Assembly (NCBI GenBank): GCA_052143835.1
Contig: JBKQRV010000145.1
Span: forward strand, 1,960-65,959
Direction of reading: 5' to 3'
From: Alphaproteobacteria bacterium
GTDB lineage: Bacteria; Pseudomonadota; Alphaproteobacteria; JACZXZ01
DNA: 64,000 bases
Position numbers and translations under genes: made by a program. The notes under the pieces are model-generated. The model searched no databases. It was given only the letters and a program-made list of their open reading frames with translations, and was not told the origin of the DNA. How positions within the stretch are numbered: position 1 is the first letter of the stretch; each line of letters opens with the position of its first letter. Positions 9,640 through 19,278 of this stretch are shown one piece after another.

Positions 9640-9675
9640 GACAATTTTACCACGATCGCGGCGTCTCGAGCGCTG

Positions 9676-10824
9676 CTACATCCCGTGCTGAAAGCCGTAC
9701 ATCTTGCCTCCTCGCACCTGATCGATCCAGACAGCATCGAGGCCCAGGCCGTCGTGGTTGCTCGGCGAGAAATTGTAGGTACCCGAAGCGAGCACGAGGT
9801 CATGGACCGATTCCATCGCATGCAGCATGTCCGACTTCTTGCCCTTGGCGAGCTCGAGCGCTTTCGCGTAGATGTGCATGGCGTCCCAGCCGATCGTGTT
9901 GTAGGGGTAAAGTCGGAAGTCCGCCCCATGCTTCTCCTTGAGAAGTCCGGAAAGCTCTTGCTGGCCCGGCGTCACCTTGTCGGGCGCGGTGAGGCCTAAA
10001 AGATAAATTCCCTCGGCCGCGGGACCAGCGGCCTCGATGATGCCGAGTGTCGCCACACCTTGGCCCGCGATGATGGGCGTCTTGTTACCCAATTGATTGG
10101 CGTTGCGAAGCGTCACTGCCATGGTGGATCCCGATCCCCAGAGCAGCACCGCCTGCGGATTGGCTGCGAGGAGCTTGGTCCACTCGGGCGTGGTGTCAGT
10201 CGACGTGTAATTGATCTCTTCGGCACCCACCAAGGTCACGCCTGTCTCCTTGAGAAGGCCTTTGACAGCATTATAGGCGTCCGTTCCATAAGCGTCGCTC
10301 GTGTAAATCATGCCAACGTTTGAAGCATTAAGCTTGTTTTTGGCGAAGAGGAGCGCCGCCTTCACCTGAAACTCGTCGTTGATCTGGCAGCGGAAGACGT
10401 AGGGGTTGTTGAGATGTGTAATCGATATCGTATTGTTGAAGGCGCAAAGCGGCACCTCGGCCTTCTTCACGATAGGCGCGACGGCGAGCGTATTGCTGCC
10501 CAGGTTGGGTCCGATGATGCCATACACGCCGGCATCGATCAGGTTACGGAAATTGGTGACCGCGACATCGGGCTTGCTCTGATCGTCGCGGATCAAGAGT
10601 TTGATGGGATGTCCATCAACGCCGCCCTTCTTATTGATTGCGTCTGCGGCGAGCTCAATGCTCTCGACTACGGGCACCCCTAGGGAACTTGCGGCTCCGC
10701 TCAGCGGCTCCGAAACTCCTAGGGTATAGGGCTCCTTGTCTGCCGCATCGATCTTCGCGAGAGGAATGGTCGTAAGTGCCGTGGCCGCGAAGAGCAGGGC
10801 CGTTCTCAACAAAGTAGCGTTCAT
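9676..10824 (-). CDS. ABC substrate-binding protein (Leu/Ile/Val-binding family)
   Basis: Signal peptide, PLSGAASSLG, INKKGGVDGHPIKLLIRDDQSKP; in the liv operon. Confidence 0.9.
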   Translation of the reverse strand: MNATLLRTALLFAATALTTIPLAKIDAADKEPYTLGVSEPLSGAASSLGVPVVESIELAADAINKKGGVDGHPIKLLIRDDQSKPDVAVTNFRNLIDAGVYGIIGPNLGSNTLAVAPIVKKAEVPLCAFNNTISITHLNNPYVFRCQINDEFQVKAALLFAKNKLNASNVGMIYTSDAYGTDAYNAVKGLLKETGVTLVGAEEINYTSTDTTPEWTKLLAANPQAVLLWGSGSTMAVTLRNANQLGNKTPIIAGQGVATLGIIEAAGPAAEGIYLLGLTAPDKVTPGQQELSGLLKEKHGADFRLYPYNTIGWDAMHIYAKALELAKGKKSDMLHAMESVHDLVLASGTYNFSPSNHDGLGLDAVWIDQVRGGKMYGFQHGM

Positions 10825-10851
10825 GATGGATCTCCTCTTGTTCGCTTTCCA

Positions 10852-11688
10852 CTAATAGCAACCAAGGCGGCGCAGCAGTTGGTCGGCGTTCCGGTAAAGC
10901 ACGCCTTCAAGCGCTTCGTCCTTGAAGGGTAGGCTACGGATGCGCGCGAGCGCCGTTTCGACCGGCACGACCGGAAAGCAGCTCGCGAAAAGGATCCGAT
11001 CCGGGATGATCGTGTTGGCTGCCTCGGCAAAGAGGGCGGCACCCGGGAGGTGCGAGTACAGAGATGTGTCGATGTATACGTTCTCGTGACGAAAGGCGAT
11101 CGCGATTGTCTCCCCAACCCAAGGCCAGCCAGAATGGTCTATGACGATGGTTAGTTCGGGAAAGTCGGCTGCCACGTCGTCGATGGCGCGAACGTCGCCA
11201 TGGACAAGTCGCGGGCCTGCGAAGGGAAGAGGCCCGCAGGTAATGACAACGGGCACGGCGAGTTCGGCGCACTTGGAGTAGACGGGATAGAGGCGCTTGT
11301 CGTTCGCCGGGACAAGGCCGCCGAATGGATCAATGGATACGCCTTTGAGACCGAGACTGCGGACGGCATGCTCGACAGCCTGAACCGATTTCATGCCACG
11401 TAGGGGGTTGATACCAGCGAAACCGATGACCTTATCGGGGAAGCGGCGCATCGTCTCTGCGACGTATTCGTTGCCGATGTCGTGCCCGTCGGTGCCTTCG
11501 GTCTGCCGGCCCGTGAAGACAGCACGTTCGACACCCTTGGCTGTGAAGTCGGCAACCCACCCGTCAAGCGTCGTCTCCTCGGGCGCCGTCGTGCCAAGCT
11601 TTCGCATCACGCTCTTCGTCAGCGGGTGCTTAAGTGCGACCAGATACTCCGGCGTATTTGGGCGCGAGCGAAAATCGATAATGCGCAA
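10852..11688 (-). CDS. Amidohydrolase_2 family protein (atypical metal motifs)
   Basis: Motifs PDKVIGFAGINP, YPVYSKCAELAVPV, DFPELTIVIDHSGWPW and NVYIDTS. TTG start with GGAGGAGG upstream. Confidence 0.85.
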   Translation of the reverse strand: MRIIDFRSRPNTPEYLVALKHPLTKSVMRKLGTTAPEETTLDGWVADFTAKGVERAVFTGRQTEGTDGHDIGNEYVAETMRRFPDKVIGFAGINPLRGMKSVQAVEHAVRSLGLKGVSIDPFGGLVPANDKRLYPVYSKCAELAVPVVITCGPLPFAGPRLVHGDVRAIDDVAADFPELTIVIDHSGWPWVGETIAIAFRHENVYIDTSLYSHLPGAALFAEAANTIIPDRILFASCFPVVPVETALARIRSLPFKDEALEGVLYRNADQLLRRLGCY

Positions 11689-12139
11689 CGGACCTCATCC
11701 TCCTCCCAGTGCGACGTATCTGTTGCATTCGTCCAGCTCACCTCCCGGACGACTACCCCTTCCGTGGGCACAACGAGGCATCCAGAACGGGAATGAATTA
11801 AGCGGACATTCCCAGGACGATCGGGGATTTCGTGGATTGATGGTCAAATTCAGCCTTACCGACAACCCTTCCCCCTCCAAATTGCTACCAAGCATGAGTC
11901 GTCTAACGGAGGACACCCTCGATACGGCGGTCGCTCCGATGGCATATACAGGACCACGCTCGACAGCTCGCACATGCGGGGTCGGTCGGATTCCTGCAGC
12001 CTCGCGCGACGCAGTTCCTGTGTAGAGCCAATTCGAACGCGAGACATTGACCTATATCAAAGGTGCCTCGAAGGGGCCGACGCGGGCCTTGTCATGTCGT
12101 TGTTGAATATTTTATCCGGGCTTGCGCACACCGCCTGGT

Positions 12140-12335
12140 CGGCTACCCGTACAAAAGCGAGTCACGACATGCCGCGCTCGCCGAAAGCATGCAGAATGAC
12201 CTTGGTGCGTCTTCGCACCTCACCGAACAGCCCCTCGAAGAGATACGTTGTCCTGATCACCCGTCGTTGTCCGAGAAGGAAGCGCAGCTGTGCGCAGCAA
12301 GCCTCGAAGTCGTCGTCGAGGCAATCCGAAGCCCC
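12140..12335 (-). mobile_element. IS256-family transposase remnant
   Basis: Translates as CLDDDFEACCAQLRF...RRVIRTTYLFEGLFGEVRRRTKVILHAFGER, a degraded IS256 C-terminal 'IRTTN.LER...E.RRRTKV' motif. Ends are approximate. Confidence 0.75.
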
Positions 12336-12375
12336 TATTGCTTGTCTTTCGCCGGCCGCGTCGCCGCGACCGAAC

Positions 12376-13362
12376 CTACTTGGTGTTTGCGGCAGCCTCG
12401 ATGAGTTCGCGTGGCACCTTGTCATAGTTCTCGGGCCAGGTCTTCACGGCTAGCGCTCGAAAGGGCTCGCGATCCGGGTGGGTTATCTGCCCCCCGAGCT
12501 CGAGCCATTTTTTGGCCATTGCGACAGCGTATTCACGATCAGCGAGTCTCTCCTTCGGTCGTGCCTCTGCCTCCGCTTGCAAGATTATGTCCTGCAAACC
12601 CTTCGGTAACGTCTTCCACCATTTTTCGGAAACAGCCATAACTGCTATTGTGTATGCATGATCGAGCTCTGGCGCATACTTCGCGATCTCATAGTCCTTG
12701 AAGTTGATCCCGCCCTCAAAAGTCGCATCGACACCGTCGACTACGCCTTGCTTTAGCGCAAGATACACTTCGGGACGGGCGATCACGACCGGTATGGCAC
12801 CAAGTGCACGATAGTACGCGACCAGAGGCGGCGTCTCAGGGACCCTGATCTTTAAGCCCTTGAAGTCCGAGGGACTGTTGATGGCCCGCACGCTGTTGTA
12901 CGCTACGCGGGGGCCCATAGTCCAGAAGCCGAGGACGCGGATCCCGGCATCTAGCATTTTCTTGGAGAGCTCAGCCCCGACCGGTCCATCCAACACTTTG
13001 TAGACGTGATCGTAGTCACGAAACAGAAATGGCATATTGAAAAGATCCCAGCTCGCCGCGAACCCTGCGGCCGGAGCTGTGCTGCAGGCGCACGCTTCTA
13101 TCGTCCCTGTTTGCATTCCACGATAATAGTCCGTTTCTCCCCCAAGCGTTCCCTTGTAGACCCGGACATTGACCTGAAACTTTCCCTTCACGAGCTCCTC
13201 GATGCGCGCCTTCATGTAATCGGTTCCAACGTATATAGGAACGGGCAAGTCGGGATAGATGCCCGTGATCTTCATTTGGTATGTTTGGGCAGATGCGATA
13301 TTTGACCAACCCATGATGACTGCAAAAGCCATCGCACACACAGCTAGCACATTTATTTTCAC
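12376..13362 (-). CDS. dctP: TRAP transporter substrate-binding protein
   Basis: Motifs MPFLFRDYDH, DFKGLKIRV and EVYLALKQGVVDG. GTG start after GGAGGA; signal peptide. Confidence 0.9.
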   Translation of the reverse strand: MKINVLAVCAMAFAVIMGWSNIASAQTYQMKITGIYPDLPVPIYVGTDYMKARIEELVKGKFQVNVRVYKGTLGGETDYYRGMQTGTIEACACSTAPAAGFAASWDLFNMPFLFRDYDHVYKVLDGPVGAELSKKMLDAGIRVLGFWTMGPRVAYNSVRAINSPSDFKGLKIRVPETPPLVAYYRALGAIPVVIARPEVYLALKQGVVDGVDATFEGGINFKDYEIAKYAPELDHAYTIAVMAVSEKWWKTLPKGLQDIILQAEAEARPKERLADREYAVAMAKKWLELGGQITHPDREPFRALAVKTWPENYDKVPRELIEAAANTK

Positions 13363-13384
13363 AGCAGGTCCTCCCATGTCTAGT

Positions 13385-14110
13385 TTATTTGCTCTTGCCA
13401 CCGAGATAGTGGCGAACGCCTTCGATCCAGGACACTATTCCTCCCTCAATCACGGACAGCGCGATTGCTTCGAGGATCTCCTCTTTGGAGGCGCCTGCAG
13501 CCGCTGAGGCCTGCGCGTGCAGGCTAATGCCATAGTCGTAACGATCCGCACAATTGATGCAGACGAAAGCGAGCTCTTTGATTTTCCGCTTTGCGTGGCC
13601 ATCCGCGAAGACGATCTCGCGAATGCCCTGGTGACCTTCGATCAAAGCCGGCTGCTTTTCGGCAAGCAACTCGACCCAAAGCGGAAGCGAACCGAAGTAG
13701 CTTAGGAACTTAGATAAAGTATTCTTCCGTGCGCCGGCGCCGCTCCGTTGGGAAGATGCGGGCTTCTGCGCTCCCGTTCCCGCGCCGAAAAGCTCTCTTA
13801 GCGCGGCGCGTCCCTCGAGGTAGACGAGAATACCCCGCGAGACACAGCATGCGAGCAAGAGCTCCTCAACCTCTCCCGTTGTGGCACCTGCTTCGAGCGC
13901 CCGACGTGCGAAGCCGAAGGCCGGCTCGTGATGTCGTCGCGCCGCGCAGGTTGCGAACAGGAGGAGAAGTTTGTCCTTGGTTGGAAGCGCTCCGGGCCGC
14001 AACACGGCAGAGAGCTGGGCCGACACCGCCTCGGCTACTTGATGCTCGTACTCTGCCCCGATCGATGTTCCGTGCACAAGAGCGCGAAGATCGGACGAAG
14101 TAAACTTCAT
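13385..14110 (-). CDS. Carboxymuconolactone decarboxylase/AhpD-like protein with two CMD repeats
   Basis: Repeated motifs LPTKDKLL...ALEAGATTGEVEE and KIKELAFVCIN...H..AAAGASKEEILEAI. Confidence 0.75.
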   Translation of the reverse strand: MKFTSSDLRALVHGTSIGAEYEHQVAEAVSAQLSAVLRPGALPTKDKLLLLFATCAARRHHEPAFGFARRALEAGATTGEVEELLLACCVSRGILVYLEGRAALRELFGAGTGAQKPASSQRSGAGARKNTLSKFLSYFGSLPLWVELLAEKQPALIEGHQGIREIVFADGHAKRKIKELAFVCINCADRYDYGISLHAQASAAAGASKEEILEAIALSVIEGGIVSWIEGVRHYLGGKSK

Positions 14111-14171
14111 GGTCCCGCCTTCTTACTGCGCCGAAACCTGCTTGCCCGGTTACTCTTCATAAACGAAAAAG

Positions 14172-14191
14172 TAAAAGGAGTAAATCTTTTA
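14172..14191. promoter_or_regulatory. Putative FadR/GntR operator (copy 1)
   Basis: TAAAAGGAGTAAATCTTTTA, quasi-palindromic, upstream of the CMD-dctP genes. Its reverse complement matches 16480-16498 at 18/19. Confidence 0.6.
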
Positions 14192-14635
14192 TTTTTGTGT
14201 GTATGGGAGCCCTCAGTTCGCCGCTGCTTGAGAGGAACCGTTCTGCGCCTTGTGGCAGGGCATCCACCTGGGAAAGCGACCCAAGATATTGAATTATTGC
14301 GTAAAATTGCCTCGAAGGTGGTCCCAGTCGGCGCCAATCTGGGTCCCACCTGACCGGTGACGGGAATGCCAGGTGGCGCATTGCTCACCTGCGCGAGGGG
14401 AAGCTGCCGGCTGCGGCAATCTCTCAGAGGGCAGGCGCTCCTGCACCTGGCGCCGGGGACGAAGGGTTGACGACCAATGAGCCCCCGTCGGAGGCGCAGG
14501 CTGTAAATCGGCTTCCAACCGCGACCCTCGCCAACATCTGCTAAAGCTGTTGATTGGGCACCTCTTTTCATCGATTTAGGCGGGCTCACGGTTGGACGCC
14601 AAAGGTGGCCCTGCAAAACTTGAAATTCGTTTCGC

Positions 14636-14664
14636 GTCTCAGAAAGTTAGTCTCAGAAAGTTAG
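14636..14664. repeat. 14-bp perfect tandem duplication
   Basis: GTCTCAGAAAGTTA x2 plus G, just downstream of the ICL-family gene. Confidence 0.85.
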
Positions 14665-14672
14665 GTGCCGAT

Positions 14673-15560
14673 TCACATAGATCGGGATTCAATCGCGTAT
14701 CGATCGTAGGTCGCCCTAAGTTCCGAATATCCGAGCATCGCGGCAAAATCTTGCATGTTAGTTCTTCCTCGCGGAAGGTGCCGCGAGCTGTGTGTTGAAG
14801 CAAGGCGAGCGATGTTGTCGCGCAATGCTTCAGCGACTGTCAGCACCGGCACGAGCGGATAAACGGCGAACCCGGCCACCGATTCAATCTCTTGGCTGGA
14901 GAGGTCTTCCTCAAGCCAATTCAGCAACTGCAGCGAAAGCGGCTTCTTCGCCTTGCGACGAAGCGCTCTTAGATCGTCGATGGATTTGACACATCCGGAG
15001 ACCGGCTGCACCAAGTCCGCGCCAGCGTCGGCGTAAGCGGCAAGGCGAGCGATGCACTCAGGCATGTCTATTGCATCGCTTCGTGCAACGATGATCGTGT
15101 TTGGATTGGCACGCGCGTCGCATGCAGCTCGGATCTTCGCGACGGCTAAATCGATCGGCAGCAATCCAGTGACGCTGCCGAGACACGGGCAGATCTTCGG
15201 ACTGATCTGGTCTTCGATAACGATTCCGGACACTTGCGCTGACTCGAAGGCGCGCACCGTCCGTTGTACGTTGAGAACACTTCCGTAACCGGTATCGCAG
15301 TCAGCCACAACGGGCGAGCCGGGGATCGCACTCGCAATTCGGGACACCACGCTGAGGTTCTCCGTCATGGTATAGAGCTCGAGGTCAGGTTGTCCGAGAA
15401 GTGACGCTGATATCCCAAAACCAGTGGTGAATACCGCTTCGAAACCCGATTGCGCAATGATCTTGGCGCTGAGCGCATCGTAGGCTCCCGCCATCCAGAT
15501 AGTGCGCTCGGCTTCAACCATCGCACGAAGCCGCTTTGCTTGCCCGCAAACTTCAATCAT
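14673..15560 (-). CDS. Isocitrate lyase/PEP mutase family C-C lyase
   Basis: Motifs GAYDALSAK, VADCDTGYG, IEDQISPKICP, IVARSDA and AYADAGAD. Confidence 0.88.
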   Translation of the reverse strand: MIEVCGQAKRLRAMVEAERTIWMAGAYDALSAKIIAQSGFEAVFTTGFGISASLLGQPDLELYTMTENLSVVSRIASAIPGSPVVADCDTGYGSVLNVQRTVRAFESAQVSGIVIEDQISPKICPCLGSVTGLLPIDLAVAKIRAACDARANPNTIIVARSDAIDMPECIARLAAYADAGADLVQPVSGCVKSIDDLRALRRKAKKPLSLQLLNWLEEDLSSQEIESVAGFAVYPLVPVLTVAEALRDNIARLASTHSSRHLPRGRTNMQDFAAMLGYSELRATYDRYAIESRSM

Positions 15561-16396
15561 CTGGAACTCCTCGTGGTTCTTGATGGACTTCCATGCCTTT
15601 CGCTTGGAACCGCAGATTGTCGTTGGAGAGTGCGCGACGTTTGCTTGATGGCATAGGATGATTCTCTCACCGCAGACTCGAGGTAGCTGAGATGGCGATC
15701 CATCACCGTCCGAACGCGTGCGACATCGCGCGACCGAAGTGCTGTCAGCGTATCCTGATGCAGCTGAGCAACATCGGCCACACTTTCGAACTCTGCAAAA
15801 AAGTCCTTCATCATCCGAAATAGCTGCTCGAGCACCTCATGTTGATAACGGGCGAGCAACGGGCTTTGCGCAGCCCGCCCCATCGCGTAATGAAACAGAT
15901 GATCGTAATGTACTCTAACGACATAGCTCTCAGCCGAACGCTCCCGGAGCTGCTGGATCGTAAGTTCCATCGCGTCAAAGTGTTCGTCTGTTGCGCGCTC
16001 GGCTGCGAGTTCAGCGATGCGGAGTTCGACCGCTCGGCGCGCCTCCACCAGCTCCGACGGAGACGCTGAGATCCGACTGGGCCTGTGCTGGGATAGCAGG
16101 TCGAAAAGCTCTGCACTCTCGACCGTAGTGCCCCCGTGTAGCCCCCGCCGAGACTTCAGCACCCCGGCGTTATTCAGAATCTTGAGCGCCTCCCCGATCG
16201 TGACCCGGCTAACACACATGTCTCGCGCGAGTTCCTCGATCTGAGGCAGCCAGTCGCCAGGTTTGAAGACTCCTGAGCGAATTGCGTAAGTGATCTGATC
16301 GATCACCTCCTGAGAGGCCTTCGAATTGGATATGGGATGAAAGGCCCACTGCGAGGTTAGCCGGACAGGCTCGTGGCGAGAAGGGGTGTGGGTCAT
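15557..16396 (-). CDS. FadR/GntR family transcriptional regulator
   Basis: wHTH (FKPGDWLP..EELARDMCVSRVTIGEALKIL) plus FCD domain. Start is uncertain (16396 or 16462). Confidence 0.88.
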   Translation of the reverse strand: MTHTPSRHEPVRLTSQWAFHPISNSKASQEVIDQITYAIRSGVFKPGDWLPQIEELARDMCVSRVTIGEALKILNNAGVLKSRRGLHGGTTVESAELFDLLSQHRPSRISASPSELVEARRAVELRIAELAAERATDEHFDAMELTIQQLRERSAESYVVRVHYDHLFHYAMGRAAQSPLLARYQHEVLEQLFRMMKDFFAEFESVADVAQLHQDTLTALRSRDVARVRTVMDRHLSYLESAVRESSYAIKQTSRTLQRQSAVPSERHGSPSRTTRSSR

Positions 16397-16479
16397 AACT
16401 GAGCGCCTGCGTTCAAGGATTCCGAGCGGTTCTGCGTCTGGGTGTTCGAGAACACCTAACAAACATCGTCCACGAAAGA

Positions 16480-16498
16480 AAAAGATTTACACCTTTTA
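16480..16498. promoter_or_regulatory. Putative FadR/GntR operator (copy 2)
   Basis: AAAAGATTTACACCTTTTA in the divergent promoter region between the regulator and dctQM. Confidence 0.6.
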
Positions 16499-16575
16499 TA
16501 TTATCAGGTAGGAGCAGTCGTCAAGTGCCAGAGACGCGGTGACAAAGCCGCGCCGGTGTTAGGCGAGGTCACAAG

Positions 16576-18429
16576 TTGTCCAGGAATCGGGAAGCGGCGT
16601 GGCTTAAGGTTCTGGACCAATGCGCCGAGATTGTGCTGGTGCTTGCCCTTTTGGGTGAGTTGGCCGCGGTACTCGCGTCAGTGTTTGCCCGAACGTTTTT
16701 CAGCACGGCTTACCTCTGGGCTGGCGAAGTGTCGAGCGTCGCGCTCTCGATACTCACCTTTATCGGCGGGGCGGTAGCTTACCGTCGGCGGCACCATGCC
16801 GCTCTTGCTTTCGTTCTGAACGCGCTGCCCGAGCGTACGCGCCACGGCTTTCTGGCGTCGGCCGACATGCTCGTCCTCCTCAGCGCAATCGTAACGGCTC
16901 AAACATCCCTCTCATTTATTCAGGCAAACTGGGGGGAGTTGACGCCGATCCTCCGATTTCCGACTGCGTCGACTGCGATTCCACTCTTGGTCAGCATGCT
17001 TCTGCTAGCCGTCTACGCCGCGGAGTATCTGTGGTGCGAACACGGCCGTCATGCACTTGTCCCGGCCTTGCTGCTCATTCCCGCCGCGGTCCTTGCGCTC
17101 GCGACGCGGTCGATGTGGCTGGCATGGTTCACGAGCGACACTGCAGCTGTTCTTACATTCGTTTTCTTGCTCGTCAGCGTAATCCTTGGCCTGCCTGTCG
17201 GCTTTGTCCTGCTTCTCGCCGCGGCCGCCTACCTGTGGATCTCGGGTAGCGTTCCAATGATCGCGTTGCCGCAGAACATGATCACGGGAACGAGCAACTT
17301 CGTCCTTCTGGCGATACCATTCTTCATCCTGGCCGGGTTCATAATGGAGCGCGGAGGCATTAGCTTGCGCCTCGTTCGATTCGTGCAGGCGCTCGTCGGT
17401 CATTTCCGGGGCGGTCTTCTCCAAGTCATGGTTGTGAGCATGTACCTTGTCTCGGGCTTGTCCGGATCCAAGGCCGCAGACATTGCCGCGATCGGCACCG
17501 TCATGCGCGACATGCTCAAACGCGAGCGTTACGACGAAAATGAGAGCACTGCTGTTCTTGCCGCCTCGGCTGCAATGGGCGAGACCGTCCCACCGAGCAT
17601 CGCAATGCTGATCCTTGGCTCGATTACAAAGCTCTCCATGGCCGCCTTGTTCATCGCTGGTCTGGTGCCGGCGGCGGTCATAGCGCTCTGTCTTATGGCA
17701 CTGATTTACATTCGTGCTCGCACCGCAACGGTTCTCCGAAGCCCTAGGGCCACGGCCTCAACAATGGTCAAGACGGGTATAGGCGCACTCTTGCCCCTAA
17801 TGATGCCACTCCTGCTTCTCGTAGGCATAGCGAGTGGAGCGGCCACCCCAACGGAGGTGTCGTCCTTGGCGGTGGTCTATGGGCTAATCCTGGCCGTTGC
17901 GCTCTATCGGGAAATGGGGCTGCGCTCATTTCTGCGCACGACAGTTGACGCGGCTGTAATGACCGGAATGGTACTTTTTATTCTCGCGGCCGCCTCGGCG
18001 CTCTCGTGGGTGCTTACGGTTGCCGAAGTACCTCAACGCTTGGTTGACTTGCTGCACACGGTGCGAGGAAGCGAATCTATATTCCTCGTCGGAACGATTG
18101 TCCTCCTGATTGTCGTCGGCGCTGTGCTCGAGGGGTTACCTGCGCTGAACGTCCTCGGACCGCTGCTCCTGCCTATCGCCGGCCAAATTGGAGTGAACGA
18201 GCTGCATTACGGTATCGTTCTGATCATTGCCATGGGAATTGGAGCATTCCTCCCCCCGATTGGCGTTGGATTCTATGTCTGCTGTTCGGTCATGCGAACC
18301 AACATCGAGCGGTCCGCCTCGGCAATGGTGCCGTATCTGATATGTCTAATCATCGGGCTGCTAATCGTCACCTTCATCCCCGGGATTACATTGTTCCTGC
18401 CCAGATCCCTTGGTTTCAAGGGTTATTGA
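16576..18429 (+). CDS. TRAP transporter fused small+large permease (DctQ-DctM)
   Basis: N-terminal DctQ-like 4 TM region, then DctM motifs LLAIPFFILAG, SGLSGSKAAD, PPSIAM and TPTE. Confidence 0.9.
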   Translation: MSRNREAAWLKVLDQCAEIVLVLALLGELAAVLASVFARTFFSTAYLWAGEVSSVALSILTFIGGAVAYRRRHHAALAFVLNALPERTRHGFLASADMLVLLSAIVTAQTSLSFIQANWGELTPILRFPTASTAIPLLVSMLLLAVYAAEYLWCEHGRHALVPALLLIPAAVLALATRSMWLAWFTSDTAAVLTFVFLLVSVILGLPVGFVLLLAAAAYLWISGSVPMIALPQNMITGTSNFVLLAIPFFILAGFIMERGGISLRLVRFVQALVGHFRGGLLQVMVVSMYLVSGLSGSKAADIAAIGTVMRDMLKRERYDENESTAVLAASAAMGETVPPSIAMLILGSITKLSMAALFIAGLVPAAVIALCLMALIYIRARTATVLRSPRATASTMVKTGIGALLPLMMPLLLLVGIASGAATPTEVSSLAVVYGLILAVALYREMGLRSFLRTTVDAAVMTGMVLFILAAASALSWVLTVAEVPQRLVDLLHTVRGSESIFLVGTIVLLIVVGAVLEGLPALNVLGPLLLPIAGQIGVNELHYGIVLIIAMGIGAFLPPIGVGFYVCCSVMRTNIERSASAMVPYLICLIIGLLIVTFIPGITLFLPRSLGFKGY

Positions 18430-18463
18430 ACGCTATCATCCACCAAGCAAAAGGAGTCTCGCT

Positions 18464-18898
18464 ATGACGCACCAAACAAAGCCGAAAGTCTCTTCAGCGG
18501 AACTGTCCGGCGAGGAGTTTGGCACCTATTCTCCAGGATTTATCTTGCGCCGGGTCGTGGACCCTGCCACTGGGGGATCGGATGCGTTCCGGATGAGCCT
18601 CGTGACCTTAGACGAAAATGCCGGGACGCCGCGCCACCTTCACAACAACTCCGATGAGGGTTGGTACGTGGTATCGGGTACCGGTTTGTTCTACTCCGAC
18701 GGAAAAACCTTCAAGATCGCTCCGGGTGACTTCCTTTATGCTGGTCGCGGTGTCGTGCACCAACTTATCAATCTGGGGCACGGACGGCTGACCTACGTCG
18801 CCGTAACCGCGCCTCCCGCAGATTTCAAAAATGACAATCACGTGATTGAGCAATTCGATCGAGTCCGTCATGCTGAAATGAGGTCGACGGAAGTGTGA
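18464..18898 (+). CDS. Cupin domain protein
   Basis: PRHLHNNSDEGWYVVSG...PGDFLYAGRGVVH; AAGGAG RBS. Confidence 0.88.
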   Translation: MTHQTKPKVSSAELSGEEFGTYSPGFILRRVVDPATGGSDAFRMSLVTLDENAGTPRHLHNNSDEGWYVVSGTGLFYSDGKTFKIAPGDFLYAGRGVVHQLINLGHGRLTYVAVTAPPADFKNDNHVIEQFDRVRHAEMRSTEV

Positions 18899-19278
18899 TG
18901 TCAATTCCATCTGACTTTTCGTCCGAATGGCTGGAAGAAGTCGCCAAGAGGGCGAATGCTAATCCGGATTTTCGAACAGCGGCACGCTGGTTCGATAGCT
19001 GGATCCAACTCAAGATGGGTCCACAGACACTCTCCTTTAAGGTGTTTATGGGAGAAATCATCAAGGTGGTTCCAGGAGCCGTTCCTTTCGGAGCCGATTT
19101 CGCACTAATCGGCGATGACCAGACGTGGCGCACGTTGATCTCCAGTACCAAAAACATGCTTCGGGAGCTGATGACGAATGCGTCACTGAGGATGGAAGGT
19201 AACTTGTTCGAATGCATGCGAGCGAACAAACTTCTTAATATTGTGGTTCAAACAGCGCGCGAGGTCGGTCTTCCATGA
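18895..19278 (+). CDS. SCP2 sterol-carrier-like small protein
   Basis: F.SEWLEEV...ANANPDF...DFALIGDDQTW...LRMEGN; overlaps both neighbouring genes. Confidence 0.6.
   Translation: MMSIPSDFSSEWLEEVAKRANANPDFRTAARWFDSWIQLKMGPQTLSFKVFMGEIIKVVPGAVPFGADFALIGDDQTWRTLISSTKNMLRELMTNASLRMEGNLFECMRANKLLNIVVQTAREVGLP

Noticed and set aside
14390-14432. Glycine riboswitch-like segment (GAGGGGAA...AATCTCTCAG)
   Set aside because: It lacks the 5' GGAGA element and is antisense to the flanking genes.
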